Shown here piece by piece: positions 1 to 12,954 of a stretch of 64,000 nucleotides of DNA. Made by a program: the position numbers and the translations under genes. The stretch is from Octopus vulgaris. Taxonomy: Eukaryota. The first letter of the stretch is position 1; every line of letters starts with the position of its first letter. The stretch lies in the NCBI GenBank assembly GCA_951406725.2, contig OX597836.1:38936001-39000000 (forward strand). Reading direction: 5' to 3'. A model generated the notes under the pieces. It made no database searches. It saw only the letters and a program-made list of their open reading frames with translations, and was not told the origin of the DNA.

Positions 1-194
1 TCTACCCTCTTTGTAATGTTGGCAAATGAAATAAGTATAAAAAAAATACATTGTCTTTTTAATTAAAAAAATTCTATATGTGGCTGAAGATTGCTCTACA
101 TTTTAAAATTGATGTAATACTTACATTGTTTAATAAAATGAAGTAGTATGAAACGATTGTACTACACTACCTTGGATATCCTTGTTGCTTATTT

Positions 195-240
<46 letters not shown>

Positions 241-633
241 AGAGAGAGAGAGAGAGAGAGGAGAGGGGAGAGGAAAAGGGAAATAGATAAACAGGTTATT
301 TCGATTGATCACATATGATATTTAACATTGATTTATTCCTGTTTGTAATCCAAATTTAAGCTACCGGACACCTCGAATTATAAGTCTTAAATCTATTTTA
401 ATTATGAAAATTAGCCTACGCTATAAATATTCTCTATTATCTTGGTATAAGACTTAATTATTATATCTGCTGGTGTTCGGCTATGGCAGCGGATGTGCTG
501 TCGACATCTATTGAGGTCATCATGTTAACAGCTGTTCTTTTGACTCCTGACAAACTACATACAAATGCTGTCTTTTCATAAATGAAATATTAGTTCCTCA
601 AAATTTATGATTTCGAAGACAATCTTGTCTTTG

Positions 634-986
634 TCAATCGGAGTCGCTTGCAATTGCCGCTTTTAAAGATAATTTCTTTAAACCAAGAATTTCCCTTGGG
701 TGGTCTTTAATATGGTTTTGTTCGTTTTTCTTGTCTATATACATACTTTTAGCTACACAGTGTAGTTTCTTGTAGTTCATTTTTAATGTAATTAATATCA
801 ATAGGTGCAGGAGTGTACGTGTGGTAAGAAGTTTTCTTCGGAACCACACGGTTCCGGGTTCAGTCCAACTGCCAACTGCGTTACACCTTGCTCAGCTGTC
901 TTCTACAATAACCTCGGGCTGATGAAAACCTTGTGAATGGATTTGGTAAATGAAAACTGAAAAAGAAACCGTCTTATATATATATG

Positions 987-1017
<31 letters not shown>

Positions 1018-1990
1018 TGTGTGTGTGTGTGTGTGTGTTTGTGTGTGCATCCGTTTGTCCGTGTCTGTACTCCACCACCGATGGTCAACCGGTGTTAGTG
1101 TGTCTTCGTTCCCGTAACCTAGCAGTTCAGCAGAAAAGACCGATAGAATAAATAGCAGGCTCAAAAAACGTTGCCGCCTTGGTAATGTGTTTTGAAAGGC
1201 TGTTTCATTAACCATACTTATCCCAAGCGCTGAAGGTGTCACAAAACTCCTCTGATTTTGCGCCTCCTGATTGTGGTATGTTGATAGAGATGTACACATC
1301 TTCCAGCATTAAATTTCATGTTATTTTCTTCAGTCAGCTTGTAGATTACATTACATAGGTTTATGACATCACACGGGTTTTTAATTACCTCAAAAGCTTT
1401 TGTATCATTAGCATAGCTAGTGAATGTAGTTCTTCATATAATTAAGGTCCCTACAAATAGTAATGGCTCCAAGTAAGTTCCCTGTGGAACTCTGCTCAGA
1501 ATTATTTTTTTCTTTTGCGAGAATATTGCTGATTGTGACCCTCTGAATTCAGCTTCTTGATGTGTCATATAACCCCTCATATAAATTCCCCATTATACGA
1601 AAATCAAGCAATATGTAGCAACCAATTCTATGGTCAACTATATCATAGACCTTCGCACAATCCAGATAAACCATGTCCACATTTGACTAGTTTAGTTGCT
1701 GTTTCAGTTCCCATTCGTAATGCTGTTAAAAGAAAAACAAAATGTCTAAATCACATTCTTTCTGGGCGAAAGCCGCGCTGAATTTTAAGCAAGTCATTTT
1801 CTTCCAAGAACCTTTTCAGTTTCTCTCTGTAAATTCGTTCCCTGACTTCGCTGATATGTAAAATCAGAGAGATAAGCCTGTAATTCTTAGCATCTATTTT
1901 GTTTTTATTTTATAAATAGAGAATATTACACCTTCCTTTAACTTGGGTTATCTCTCACTTGCAAAGAAGCTTTGTAAAACTAGTTGGAAT
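634..1990 (-). mobile_element. Decayed CR1/L2-clade LINE ORF2 (reverse transcriptase and C-terminus), interrupted by a SINE at 804-1162
   Basis: Minus-strand translation with stops/frameshifts gives NYRLISL (~1880), QRGFRPER (~1775), DMVYLDCAKVYDIVDH (~1660), SRVPQGTYLEPLLF (~1480), SYANDTK (~1410), and a DHP..G..AAIASDS C-terminal-like piece at 634-720. Confidence 0.75.
804..1162 (+). mobile_element. tRNA-headed SINE family B (CORE-type central domain, internal TA/TG microsatellite)
   Basis: Head GGTGCAGGAGTG..GTGGTAAG, B-box GGTTCAGTCC, body shared with more than 10 other copies in the window. Confidence 0.8.
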
Positions 1991-2701
1991 AATGAGAAAC
2001 TGAGTAGTGAAAAGGTGTATAATTAGCTTCGTATAAAGAAAATAAAAGCTACTTTATGTATTGAGTTCGTCTTCTTCGGTTTGCTTGCCTTCATATTCTG
2101 AGGGTAACAATTGTTTTCAACCTCTAAAGTATTGCTCACAACTATGGTGATCAGACAGTATTAAACTAAGGGCAACTCTAGAAACAATCCACTGTTGCAA
2201 CGTGAAGAAAATATCCTCAAGGCAACAACAGAGCTGCCGGGAGATGTTGAAAGCCCAGAAAGTTATGCAGAGATTTATATGGAATATCCTTGAAAGATTA
2301 ATACTAAACTTCGTTATTGAAAGCTAGCAGGGAAATGGAGGCTAGTGCATGAAATCAACTGAAAACGAAGAAGTCAAAATGCCTAAAGAAAAGAAGGAAA
2401 GCTGGCACATTGTGACACCATCGTGCCCACTATAACAAATTATGGCACTTTACGGAAAAATATGGGACATTATAACACATTTAGGAACATTTCTAATATA
2501 ATTAATTGTTGTTATTTGATGTTAAAATAATTGCTTAATGTTTCTAATTATCTCTATGAACCGGAAGATTATTTCTCCTTGAATGTAATTATGTCCAAAT
2601 CATTATGAAAACTGCTTTGCAAAGATAATATTGTTACTGTTGTTGTTTTTGTTGTTGTTGTTGTTGTTGTTGCTGCTGCTGCTGTTGTTGCTGTTGCTGT
2701 T

Positions 2702-3056
2702 GACGTAGCGGTCTTCGTCCTTGTGGGAGAAGTCCGAAACGTGGTCCTTTGCTATTCGTAAGAGTCGCAGAAGAGAAAGCAGGTCAACCCCCGACACCGA
2801 GAGCATCGACGGATGGATGAATGCGCATCCAGGCTCAGCGGTTGCGTAGGAAGTCGGGGACAAGAAACAGGAAGAAAGAGTGAAAGAAAGTTGGAGCGAA
2901 AGAGTACAACAAGGGTCTCCTCCACCCCCTGCCGGAGCCTCGTGGAGCTTTAGGTGTTTTCGCTCAATAAACATACACAACGCCCTGTCTGGGAATCGAA
3001 ACCGCGATCCTCCGACCGCGAGTCCGCTGATCTAACCATTGGGCCATTGCGCCTCC
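2702..3056 (-). mobile_element. tRNA-headed SINE family C, tail type 1, ending in (CAA/CAG)n
   Basis: Minus-strand head GGAGGCGCAATGGCCCAATGGTTAG, B-box GGTTTCGATTCCC; closely matches 17735-18120. Confidence 0.85.
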
Positions 3057-3649
3057 ACTGTTGCTGCTGGTGCTGTGCTGTTCATGCTGTAGCTGCTACT
3101 GTTGTTGCTGTTGCTCTTGTTTAGCCCAAGATGGAGCAAACCTATGATCAATCATTCAAACTATAATGATCTATTTACAGTTATAATTTTTTTTAGAAAC
3201 ATGTACGACAACGTTATGATATGATTACTTCCCTTACTTAAAATACTACAGTATTACCTGAAAGGCATTTTAGCTGCTATTTCTAGCAAGCCAAATAACC
3301 ACATAGTTATCTGTGTTGATGGAGGGGAAATATTTGTGAGTATGAAAGTGTTAGTGTTTGGAATTAGGTGTGGCCTCTGAGGAAGCATAATCGTCAATTT
3401 TCGGTCTATTAACCTCATCTTTAAAGATATAACGTTGGTTAATGTTTATCTAGATGTAAATATTAAAATGTATTTCATCTTGAAAAGGTGAAGTTAATGG
3501 ACCAAAAAATGATAATATTATTAACAACCACTCGCTTCAGTCATGTAAACATTTCAGCACAATGGTAGTACGAGATGGGATGGGTTTCCGCTGTCATTGT
3601 GTTAAAGGGTAAAGGTAGGGTTACTATGGTTGTTTAATGTCAAATTAGC

Positions 3650-5530
3650 AATGTAAATATTGGTTTTAAATGTTTGGGGGAGGCGGACAGTCGATTACAC
3701 CGACTCCAGTGCTAAACTGGTACTTATTTTATCGACCCCGAAATTATGAACGAGATAGCAGACGTCGACAGAATTTGAAGTCAGAACGTAAAGACGGGAT
3801 GAAATACCTATTTCTTTATTACCCACAAGGGGCTAAACACAGAGGGGACAAACAAGGACAGACATAGGTATTAAGTCGACTACATCGACCCCAGTGCGTA
3901 ACAGGTACTTAATTTATCGACCCCGAAAGGATGAAAGGCAAAGTCGACCTCGGCGGAATTTGAATTCTCAACGTAATGCAGACGAAATACCACTAAGCAT
4001 TTCGCCCGGCGTGCTAACGTTTCTGCCAGCTCGCCGACGGGATGAAATACTGCTAAGCATTTTACTCGGCGCGGTAGCAATTCTGCCAGTTCACCGCCTT
4101 ATCTAAGTTTATAATACTGGTTTCAAAATTTGGCACAAGGCCAGGAGGTTCTGGAGAGGGGGAAAGTCGATTGACTCCAGTATTTAACTGGCATTTATTT
4201 TATCGATCTCGGGAAGGATGAAAGGCAAAGTCAACCGTAGCGGTATTTGAACTCAGAACGTAACGGCAGACAAAATGCCTATTTCTTTACTGCCCACAAG
4301 GGGCTAAACACAGAGGGGACAAACAAGGACAGGCAAAAATGGATTAAGTCGATTATATCGACCCCACTGCGTAACTGGTGCTTAATTTATCGACCCCGAA
4401 AGGATGAAAGGCAAAGTCGACCTCGGCGGAATTTGAGCTCAGAACGTAGCGGCAGACAAAATGCCGCTAAGTATTTTGCTCGGCGCACAAAAGCTTCTGC
4501 CAGCTTGTCACCTTGGAGCTAATGCAAAAATCGATTTCAAATGTTTGTCACAAGGTTGGCAAATTCGGTGAAGGGTGGGGGGCGGAAGTCGATTACGTTG
4601 ATGTCAGAGCTCAGCTGGCACTTATTATATCGATCCCAGAGATGAAAGGCAAAGCAGACTTCGGCGGAATTTGAACTCAGAACGTAGACACACGAAATGC
4701 CGCTAAGCATTTTGCGCAGTGCAGTAACAATTCTGCCAACTCGTCGCCCAATCATTGTAAATATTGATTTATAATTTTGACACAAGGTCGGCAATTTCGA
4801 GGCAGTGAGTAAGCGATACAAGTGCTTAACTGGTACTTATTTTATCGACCCCGGAAGGATGAACGGCAAAGTCGACCTCGGTGGTAGCCATATTAATGCT
4901 CATATTGATGGGCTGGCAAAATTGTCAGCAAGCCCGATAAAATGCTTAACGGCATTTCGTCTGTTCTTACATCTTGAGTTCAAATTCCGCCGAGGCAAAC
5001 TTTACTTTTCACCCTTTCGGGGTCGATAAAATAAGTACTAGTTAAACACTGGGGGGTCGATGTTATCGACTTACCCCCTCTCTCGAACCTGCTGCTCTTG
5101 TACCAAAACTTGAAATCAATATTATTAAGGTAGCGAACTGGCAGAATTATTAGCACGTCGAGTAAAATACTTAGTGGTATTTCGTCTGCCCTTACGTTCT
5201 GAGTTCAAATTCCGCCGAGGTCAACGTTGCCTTTCATAATTTCGGAGTCGATAAATTAAGTACCAGTTACGCACTGGGGTCGATGTAATCGACTTAATCC
5301 GTCTGTCTGTCCTTGTTTGTCCCCTCTGTGTTTAGCCCCTTGTGGGTAGTAAAGAAATAGGTATTTCGTCTGTTTTTACGTTCTCAGTTCAAATCTCGTC
5401 GAGGCCAACTTCGCCTTTCATATTTTCAGGTTCGATAAAATAAGTACCAGTTGAGCACTGGGCTCGATGTAATCGAATTATTCCTTCCCCTGAAATTGTT
5501 GGCCTTGTGCCAAAAATTTGAAACCAAATA
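3650..5530. mobile_element. Cluster of at least 8 full or partial SINE family A copies (minus strand to ~4885, plus strand after)
   Basis: Repeated GAGTTCAAATTCCGCCGAGGTCGACTTTGCCTTTCATCCTTTCGGGGTCGATAAA..AAGTACCAG block and GGCGAGCTGGCAGAA heads. Confidence 0.85.
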
Positions 5531-6091
5531 TTGAAATATTGAGCTACTAGTAGTGCATTCATATAAAATGAATCAATTACCGGTTGCGTATTCATGCAGT
5601 CTAAATTGAACTTCCGATTGCATATTATTTTGTTTAAAGCTAAAGTGTGGAGCGATGAAGAAACAACAAGCAATGTTAATATATTAAATGTTGAGCTATT
5701 AGTAGTGCGTTTCTATTGAATAAAATGATTCACAACCGGTTGCGTACTTATACAATCTCAAATGAAGAACATCCGGTTACGCCATGTTAAATTATGAATT
5801 TATGAACTTCTGGGGATGCCGCGTTAGAGTGTGAAACAGATTTTCCGGTTGTATGAAAAGACAGACTTCTAGTTGGGCGGTATTTCTACGTGAAATACTG
5901 CCTACTGCCTTTAGGTTGTATAATAAAGATAAGTTGATTTGCTGGAGTTCATTCTTCTCTGTTCTATTGAAGCAACATTATGTAAGCCATCGTAACACTG
6001 GTGAATCAGATCAAGTTCTCAATACCTTTGGAGCACGTGAACAGTGAAACAATATGTGTTTTCTCTGGTAAGGTGACGATTACTATTAAAC

Positions 6092-6342
6092 CAGTGATTC
6101 TCAACCGGGGTCCATATGGCCCTGGGTTGGGATCCATATAAGGTTTTCTTGTTAAAATTTATCTGCAATAAAACGGTTATACTTCTACAATACACAAAAA
6201 ACATTTTTTTTGTACAATTCGTAATAATATTTATAAAAATATTATGGAAGTTTTTTAGACAACGAATAATTATGAGCCACCCCCTCCTAGTAAAATCGGA
6301 ATCAAAGTGTCCATAGGTAAAAACAATGATTGAGAACCACTG
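6092..6342. mobile_element. hAT-type (Charlie-like) MITE
   Basis: TIRs CAGTGATTCTCAA / TTGAGAACCACTG with a perfect 8-bp target site duplication TATTAAAC (6084-6091, 6343-6350). Confidence 0.9.
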
Positions 6343-6467
6343 TATTAAACCAACAAGCAGTAAATAAAATGGCGGAATATATATGGTATTGGACTACACG
6401 GTAAGATCAATAGTTTACACATCTAGGGTTCAAATCCACCCTCCAACGATGGTATTTACTTGTGTAA

Positions 6468-6692
6468 GGCGGCGAGCTGGCAGAATCGTTAGCACGCCGG
6501 GCGAAATGCATAGCCGTATTTCGTCTGCCGTTACGTTCTGAGTTCAAATTCCGCCGAGGTCGACTTTGCCTTTCATCCTCTCGGGGTCGATAAATTAAGT
6601 ACCAGTTACGCACTGGGGTCGATGTAATCGACTTAATCCGTTTGTCTGTCCTTGTTTGTCGACTCTATGTTTAGCACCTTGTGGACAGTAAA
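6468..6692 (+). mobile_element. SINE family A, near full length
   Basis: GGCGGCGAGCTGGCAGAATCGTTAGC head, GAGTTCAAATTCC B-box, shared body and tail. Confidence 0.85.
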
Positions 6693-6763
6693 CTTGTGTA
6701 TTTGATGAGTAAATTTGATTTATTGCCAAGTACCATAAACATTTAAAACTAGGCCTCTTTTGT

Positions 6764-7267
6764 CAGTTACTTGCGGCCATGTTGGGGCACCGCCTTGAAG
6801 TGTTTAGCCTGACAAGTGGATACCAGTACTTATTATTTTTTATGTCTGGCACGTATTCTAACATTCTCTTTTGACGAACCGTTAAGTTACAGGGATGTAA
6901 GCAAACGAATACCGGTTCAGAAGCGGTGGGCGTGGTGGTGGAGACAAATACAGCACAAACGCAAAGACGCACACATGCACACAAGTGATCCTTCCAATAT
7001 TGTAGATTTTTGTTATATAGTTGTACATAGAAACAAGTATTAATATAATGCATGTGTGTGTGTGTGTGTCTGTGTGTGTGTGTGTATGTGTGTGTGTACA
7101 CAATATAGGCACAGGCGGTGTGGTAATAAACTTGCTTCCCAACCGCATGGTTCCGGGTTCAATCCCACTGTGTGGATACTTTAGGTAAGTGTCTTCAACC
7201 ATAGCCTCGGGCCGACCAAAGCCTCGTGAGCCCATTTTGTTGACGAAAACTGAAAGAAGCCCATCGT
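6764..7267. mobile_element. SINE family B fragments (minus-strand tail 6764-6965, plus-strand head 7108-7267)
   Basis: Match to other family B copies. Confidence 0.7.
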
Positions 7268-7849
7268 CATATATATTTCTTTATGTATATATATATTTAT
7301 GTGTGTGTGAATAGATCCGAAATACGTGGATCTATTGTTTAGGAAAATATTACTTGTTTAAGGTTGTACTGGATAAATTGCGAAAATAACTGTTCAAATA
7401 CCACGAAATTAGCATACTCAATTTGATTTATACCAAATAATTTAGGAAAATGAATGGGTTATTTCCCTTGGCTATATATAATAATCCTTTCCAGGGGCGA
7501 ATGGCTTTTAAAATAAAATATATTAGATATATATAAGAATCCCTTTCAGGGGCCCTATTATCAATTTTTTCAACAATCTGAGTATGCCATGAGGTTTCCT
7601 GACATAAGTTCTACTCACGTGTCGAGATTCATCAAGATCGATAAAAATATGTAGGAGGAGTTAGCTAACACCTCTACAAACACATATGTAGAGTCACATA
7701 TGTAGTGTATATATCCTTTTTTGGCTGAGCATCTTTGAGGTAGGACGCATCTGTTCTGTTCTGTCACGCCACCCGGCCAGTTAAGATTTTTCCATTTCCT
7801 TCTTCCTTGCACTACCTTACTGCACCGTCTGATAGCCGAATGACTCTGT

Positions 7850-8215
7850 TTTCCTTTATTTTTGTTGTATAGCCGAAAGGCTTCTGTCAATTGTATATGT
7901 ATAATTGTATTTCTTATGTTACGTTTGTCCAATAGTCGGAAGACCCTTTCTGTTTGTTATTTCCTTGTGTTTGAATATGTACATTCGTTTGCCTTGCTCA
8001 TGGGGCTTAATGTCTTTAGCTTAAGCACATGACCCAACGGGTTCCGAGAAGTATTGGAGAGGATTGGGCGAAACTACGTAGACATTCAAGACTCCGACTG
8101 AAGAAGCAATTAGCTGCAAATAATCCGTGCATCTCGTTTTGTCCAGTTTGCTGTTGTGCTATCGTCCTTCTCCTGCTTGTTATGTTTTGACGATTTCCGT
8201 TTGTGTTTTTTACCT
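7850..8215 (+). mobile_element. Penelope-like 3' end, group P copy P1 (conserved multi-hairpin motif)
   Basis: Ends in a TA/CA tract; shares TTTGTC..AGTCG.A.GAC, ACATTC, a 10-nt-loop hairpin and GAAA..CTGAAGA with 9170-9540 and 29640-30140. Confidence 0.55.
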
Positions 8216-8223
8216 ATATATAT

Positions 8224-8290
<67 letters not shown>

Positions 8291-8301
<11 letters not shown>

Positions 8302-9540
8302 TGTGGTTGTCATACGACTTTAGACCAAATGAGACGGAAACAACAACAACATAGCTGGCGTAGAAATAATTACCGTTTCGGTAGCGGGGACACATGTTGG
8401 TCGAGATACGAAGGCCAACAGAATGGTTTAAGAAGCAGCAGGTCGCAGGAGAGAGAGAGCGAAACGGTAATTATTTCTACGCCAGCTATGTTGTTGTTGT
8501 TTCTGTCTCATTTGGTCTAAAGTCGTATGACAACCACCGTTATATATGTTTTGTTTGTTCATTACCGTTTTCAATTTCGTTTTCGTCTCTTGTGTTTACA
8601 TCCGTCTTGTGCGTTCACATTCCTGTCTTCTACCAAGAAATCTAATGCTTACAGCTTAGTTTTTTTTCTTGGGGCTGGCCGAGTTGGAGCAAATATCAGA
8701 ATTGAACAGCCGACATTTGCTATGATGGTTCGGTGTCTGACTGAAGATTGAAGGCTTCGAATGATTTGTCTGTGTTCCGTGTTCGTCCCTTCCTGTGTTT
8801 CACGTTCATTATATATAAAAACATTCATTCTTATATTATTGCGGCGTTACGTGCACCCCCCCGTTTGTTTGTCCAATTTTAAACCCTGCACGACTTCTAT
8901 ACACACTGTCTTTCCTGCCCGCCATTGCTTCTTCACCAAACTTTTTGGCGCCCTCCGATTCTTCCCCTCTCTTCCTCCTCCCATCCTCCTCCCCTCCTCC
9001 TTAATCCCTTCTTTCTCCTTTTCTCTTGGTCACTGATTCTGTCCCCTGCCTTCCACCCTCTTTGATTCCCTCTCTCTCTGTCTCTCTTTCTCTCTCTCTC
9101 CTGCGACCTGCTGCTTCTTAAACCATTCTGTTGGCCTTCGTATCTCGACCAACATGTGTCCCCGCTACCGAAACGGTAATTATTTCTACGCCAGCTATGT
9201 TGTTGTTGTTTCTGTCTCATTTGGTCTAAAGTCGTATGACAACCACCGTTATATATGTTTTGTTTATTCATTACCGTTTTCAATTTCGTTTTCATCTCTT
9301 GTGTTTACATCCGTCTTGTGCGTTCACATTCCTGTCTTCTACCAAGAAATCTAATGCTTACAGCTTAGTTTTTTTTCTTGGGGCTGGCCGAGTTGGAGCA
9401 AATATCAGAATTGAACAGCCGAAATTTGCTATGATGGTTCGGTGTCTGACTGAAGATTGAAGGCTTCGAATGATTTGTCTGTGTTCCGTGTTCGTCCCTT
9501 CCTGTGTTTCACGTTCATTATATATAAAAACATTCATTCT
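8291..9540 (+). mobile_element. Penelope-like pseudo-LTR structure (group P copy P2): inverted fragment plus tandem direct copies between TA tracts
   Basis: 8293-8460 is the reverse complement of ~9090-9247; 8460-8830 is a near-identical direct copy of 9170-9540; both outer ends abut (TA)n. Confidence 0.7.
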
Positions 9541-9610
<70 letters not shown>

Positions 9611-9617
9611 TACACTA

Positions 9618-9684
9618 TACTATACTTGTTCCACGTCCTCGCGTTGTTGTGTTTTCTCTTTATGTTTTCATGTTTGGATTAACT
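9618..9684 (+). mobile_element. 3' tip of the Penelope-like family seen at 41160-41395
   Basis: CCACGTCCTCGCGTTG..TTTGGATTAACT matches the reverse complement of 41161-41227; embedded in (TA)n. Confidence 0.6.
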
Positions 9685-9693
9685 ATATATATA

Positions 9694-9739
<46 letters not shown>

Positions 9740-9810
9740 TATTAGAGACAAAACCAACAAGGAAAGACTTAATCAATACATAAAATTTTAATAAATAGTC
9801 AAAAAAACCG

Positions 9811-9853
9811 CCACTACAATTGTTTCTTGTCTTGATCGACAATCTTCAGGTGG
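9811..9853 (-). ncRNA. Type I hammerhead ribozyme fold
   Basis: CCAC CTGAAGA TTGTC-GATCAA-GACAA GAAA CAATTG TA GTGG; stem I CCAC/GTGG, 5-bp stem II, palindromic stem III, GUA cleavage triplet. Confidence 0.85.
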
Positions 9854-11333
9854 ACTTCCAATCTAAAAAATCAATATTTTAAAATATAAAAATAATAATT
9901 TTAAAATAATTAAAGTATTAATGAAAAATATAAATATATAATCCATATATAACCTATATATAATCCATATATAATCAATATATAAACAATATAAAAACTA
10001 AAATAAACCTATCAACAATTAAATATAAAATATAAAATATAAAATATAAAATATAAAATATAAAACAAAACAAAAAAATAATAATAATATAATATAATAA
10101 TAAACTATATATACACCCAAACACATATAACTAATTATATATAACCATATCTAACTACATACACTAAATCACACACCTATATATATATCCCTATACATAC
10201 ACATAAAAACGTCTAGGCAACTATAAATAAATAAAATAGCTAAATACTTCAACACAATACTTATTCATACTCCCACACACACACATACAACCCACAATCT
10301 CGCTCTAGAAACGGACATCACTTAAAATTATGAACGGAGAAATGGAATAAATGGAATTAAAAATTATATTCACTTGGTAAAACGAACACTACTTAAAAAT
10401 TATGAATGAAACAATGCAATAAAACAACAGACATCGCAAATAGACACAAATTACTACGAATTCCTTAACAAACCTACCATGATAAACCAAAACTCATAAA
10501 AACATATAATGATAAAATCTCCCTTTACTAAACTCTATAACATACCTATATAGCAATTCCCCTAACCTAAACATTCACACACAAATACACACACGTAAAC
10601 CACACACCCACGACATATACAAATACCCACCCCACTTACACATACCTATACATACATATAAACCTCAACACATACTCCAAAAACCCACTCAACCCCACAC
10701 AGACAAATAAACACATACATCCCCAAACCTAAATAGCAAACCCATAAACACATTCACACACAAATATACATACGTAAAACACACACAATATACATATACA
10801 TACTCACCAAACTCGACATATACAACAACACCCACATTCATGTGGGTGTGTTAATATTGGTGTATATGTCGTATATGTTGTATATGTTGTATGTGTGTGT
10901 GTGGGAGTATGAATAAGTATTGTGTTGAAGTATTTAGCTATTTTATTTATTTATAGTTGCCTAGACGTTTTTATGTGTATGTATAGGGATATATATATAG
11001 GTGTGTGATTTAGTGTATGTAGTTAGATATGGTTATATATAATTAGTTATATGTGTATGGGTGTATATATAGTTTATTATTATATTATATTATTATTATT
11101 TTTTTGTTTTGTTTTATATTTTATATTTTATATTTTATATTTTATATTTTATATTTAATTGTTGATAGGTTTATTTTAGTTTATTTTAGTTTATATATTG
11201 TTTATATATTGATTATATATGGATTATATATAGGTTATATATGGATTATATATTTATATTTTTCATTAATACTTTAATTATTTTAAAATTATTATTTTTA
11301 TATTTTAAAATATTGATTTTTTAGATTGGAAGT

Positions 11334-11376
11334 CCACCTGAAGATTGTCGATCAAGACAAGAAACAATTGTAGTGG
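11334..11376 (+). ncRNA. Type I hammerhead ribozyme fold (predicted cleavage after 11372)
   Basis: Identical to the 9811-9853 copy: CCAC CTGAAGA TTGTCGATCAAGACAA GAAA CAATTG TA GTGG. Confidence 0.85.
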
Positions 11377-11548
11377 CGGTTTTTTTGACTATTTATTAAA
11401 ATTTTATGTATTGATTAAGTCTTTCCTTGTTTGTTTTGCAAAATAGTGGTTTTGTCTCTAATAATATTTTATAATATTTTACTATAAAATTGGATTTAAT
11501 CCTAAATCTGATTTTTTTCCCTGTAAATTTGGATTTATTCCCTAATAT

Positions 11549-11612
<64 letters not shown>

Positions 11613-11635
11613 ATATATATGTATGTATATGTATG

Positions 11636-11680
<45 letters not shown>

Positions 11681-11804
11681 CCATACACACACAGACACAC
11701 ACATATATATATATATATATATAGATATTTATATTTATATATATGTAAATATATGTACATATTTATATTTGTATATTTATGCATATACAAACATATACTC
11801 AGAC

Positions 11805-11885
<81 letters not shown>

Positions 11886-11930
11886 TACTTACATACATAC
11901 ACACACACATATATATGTTTATATAAATAA

Positions 11931-12290
11931 TGATAAGATCGTGACGTATATTTGCCATTTAAATATGGCTAACCCCTAAGGGTGGATGCTACTGTAGTTT
12001 GTAGCCCCTGGAGGACACCTCCTCCATCTGGCTTTAGACACACTTTCTGTGCCCTATCAGTATTTGCAAAGGGAAGCCATCCTTCTTGTCTTCAACTTAT
12101 GATACACACGGACTCGAGTTTCTGGGTATTGACCCGTCATCGGTGTGTGACAATCACAGTTGTCGGTGAAAAGTAGGTTCTCTTTGCAAATACTTATCCC
12201 TTTTCCAGTATCGTAAAGACACTGATATCGAAAAGGTAATGCCGATCATATAAAGTGGCTAGCATGGGAATAAAAAGCTCATAGGTAATA
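11931..12290 (-). mobile_element. Penelope-like 3' end related to 30392-30945
   Basis: Shares the GCCAT..AATATGGCTA hairpin, the TACTGT..TAGCCCC block and the hammerhead with the 30.4-30.9 kb element; abuts a TA-rich tract. Confidence 0.6.
12105..12149 (-). ncRNA. Type I hammerhead ribozyme fold, CCGAUGA core variant
   Basis: CACACA CCGATGA C-GGGT-CAAT-ACCC-A GAAA CTCGAG TC CGTGTG; first stem I pair is mismatched. Confidence 0.7.
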
Positions 12291-12387
12291 ATTATTATTA
12301 AAATTATAATTAAGGTTATCTAAAAGATACCGTCATGCTAGAGATAGCAGTAAAAACTTGACTCTAAAACCACATCAAATATTCATC

Positions 12388-12535
12388 CGACGGGCTTCAT
12401 TTAGTTTTCGTCCATCAAATCGACTCACAAGTCTTTGGTCGGGCCGCGGCTATACTAGAAGATATTTGTCCAAAGTGACACACAGCGAGACTGAACCCGG
12501 AATCTTGTGACTAGGAAGTAAGCTTCTTACCACAC
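12388..12535 (-). mobile_element. SINE family B 5' half, diverged
   Basis: Match to family B head and body. Confidence 0.7.
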
Positions 12536-12589
12536 ACACAGACACACGCACACACACATGTATGATTCTGAGAATATAATACTATTTTC

Positions 12590-12633
<44 letters not shown>

Positions 12634-12728
12634 GGGTAGCAAGAATATTTATCGAGAAAATTCTTAGTTACCAGTGGTCTAGCGAGAAGGAAGAAATTAG
12701 TCAATAGACTATACATTATTCGGCGAAG

Positions 12729-12924
12729 AAGAGATACCCAAAGAATAGGATATCTGACTCACTAGAAATAGCAGTTAAACTCCAAGCCACTAATTGTTGT
12801 AATTTCGAAAGTGATTGAAAAATAAAAACTTTTTTCAATCACTTTCGGAATTACAACAATTAGTGGCTTGGAGTTTAACTGCTTTTTCTAGTGAGTCAGA
12901 TATCCTATTCTTTGGGTATCTCTT
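12729..12924. repeat. Near-perfect ~94-bp inverted repeat within a TA-flanked insert (12633-12957)
   Basis: AAGAGATACCCAAAG..GATTGAAAAA / TTTTTCAATC..CTTTGGGTATCTCTT with 2 mismatches and a ~7-nt spacer. Confidence 0.9.
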
Positions 12925-12954
12925 TTGCGTTTGAATGTACACTGTATTCTTCTC

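Larger units (their letters stand above)
9733..11546. mobile_element. Fold-back Penelope-like pseudo-LTR pair (inverted arms of ~560 bp)
   Basis: 9733-10290 is the reverse complement of ~10887-11470; strand composition flips at ~10840; flanked by (TA)n; each arm carries a hammerhead. Confidence 0.75.

Noticed and set aside
7615-7932. Minus-strand IGQT as a GIY-YIG remnant
   Set aside because: Falls on the antisense of conserved group P motif 1; no flanking GIY or HR motifs.
9166-9178. GAAACGGTA as the 3' half of a hammerhead
   Set aside because: No upstream CUGANGA; better explained as the TACCG/CGGTA hairpin.
9431-9475. SECIS-like hairpin ATGA..helix..TGAT in group P copy P2
   Set aside because: The helix is out of register with the GA/GA quartet, there is no apical AA at the expected position, and it is not conserved in P1 or P3.
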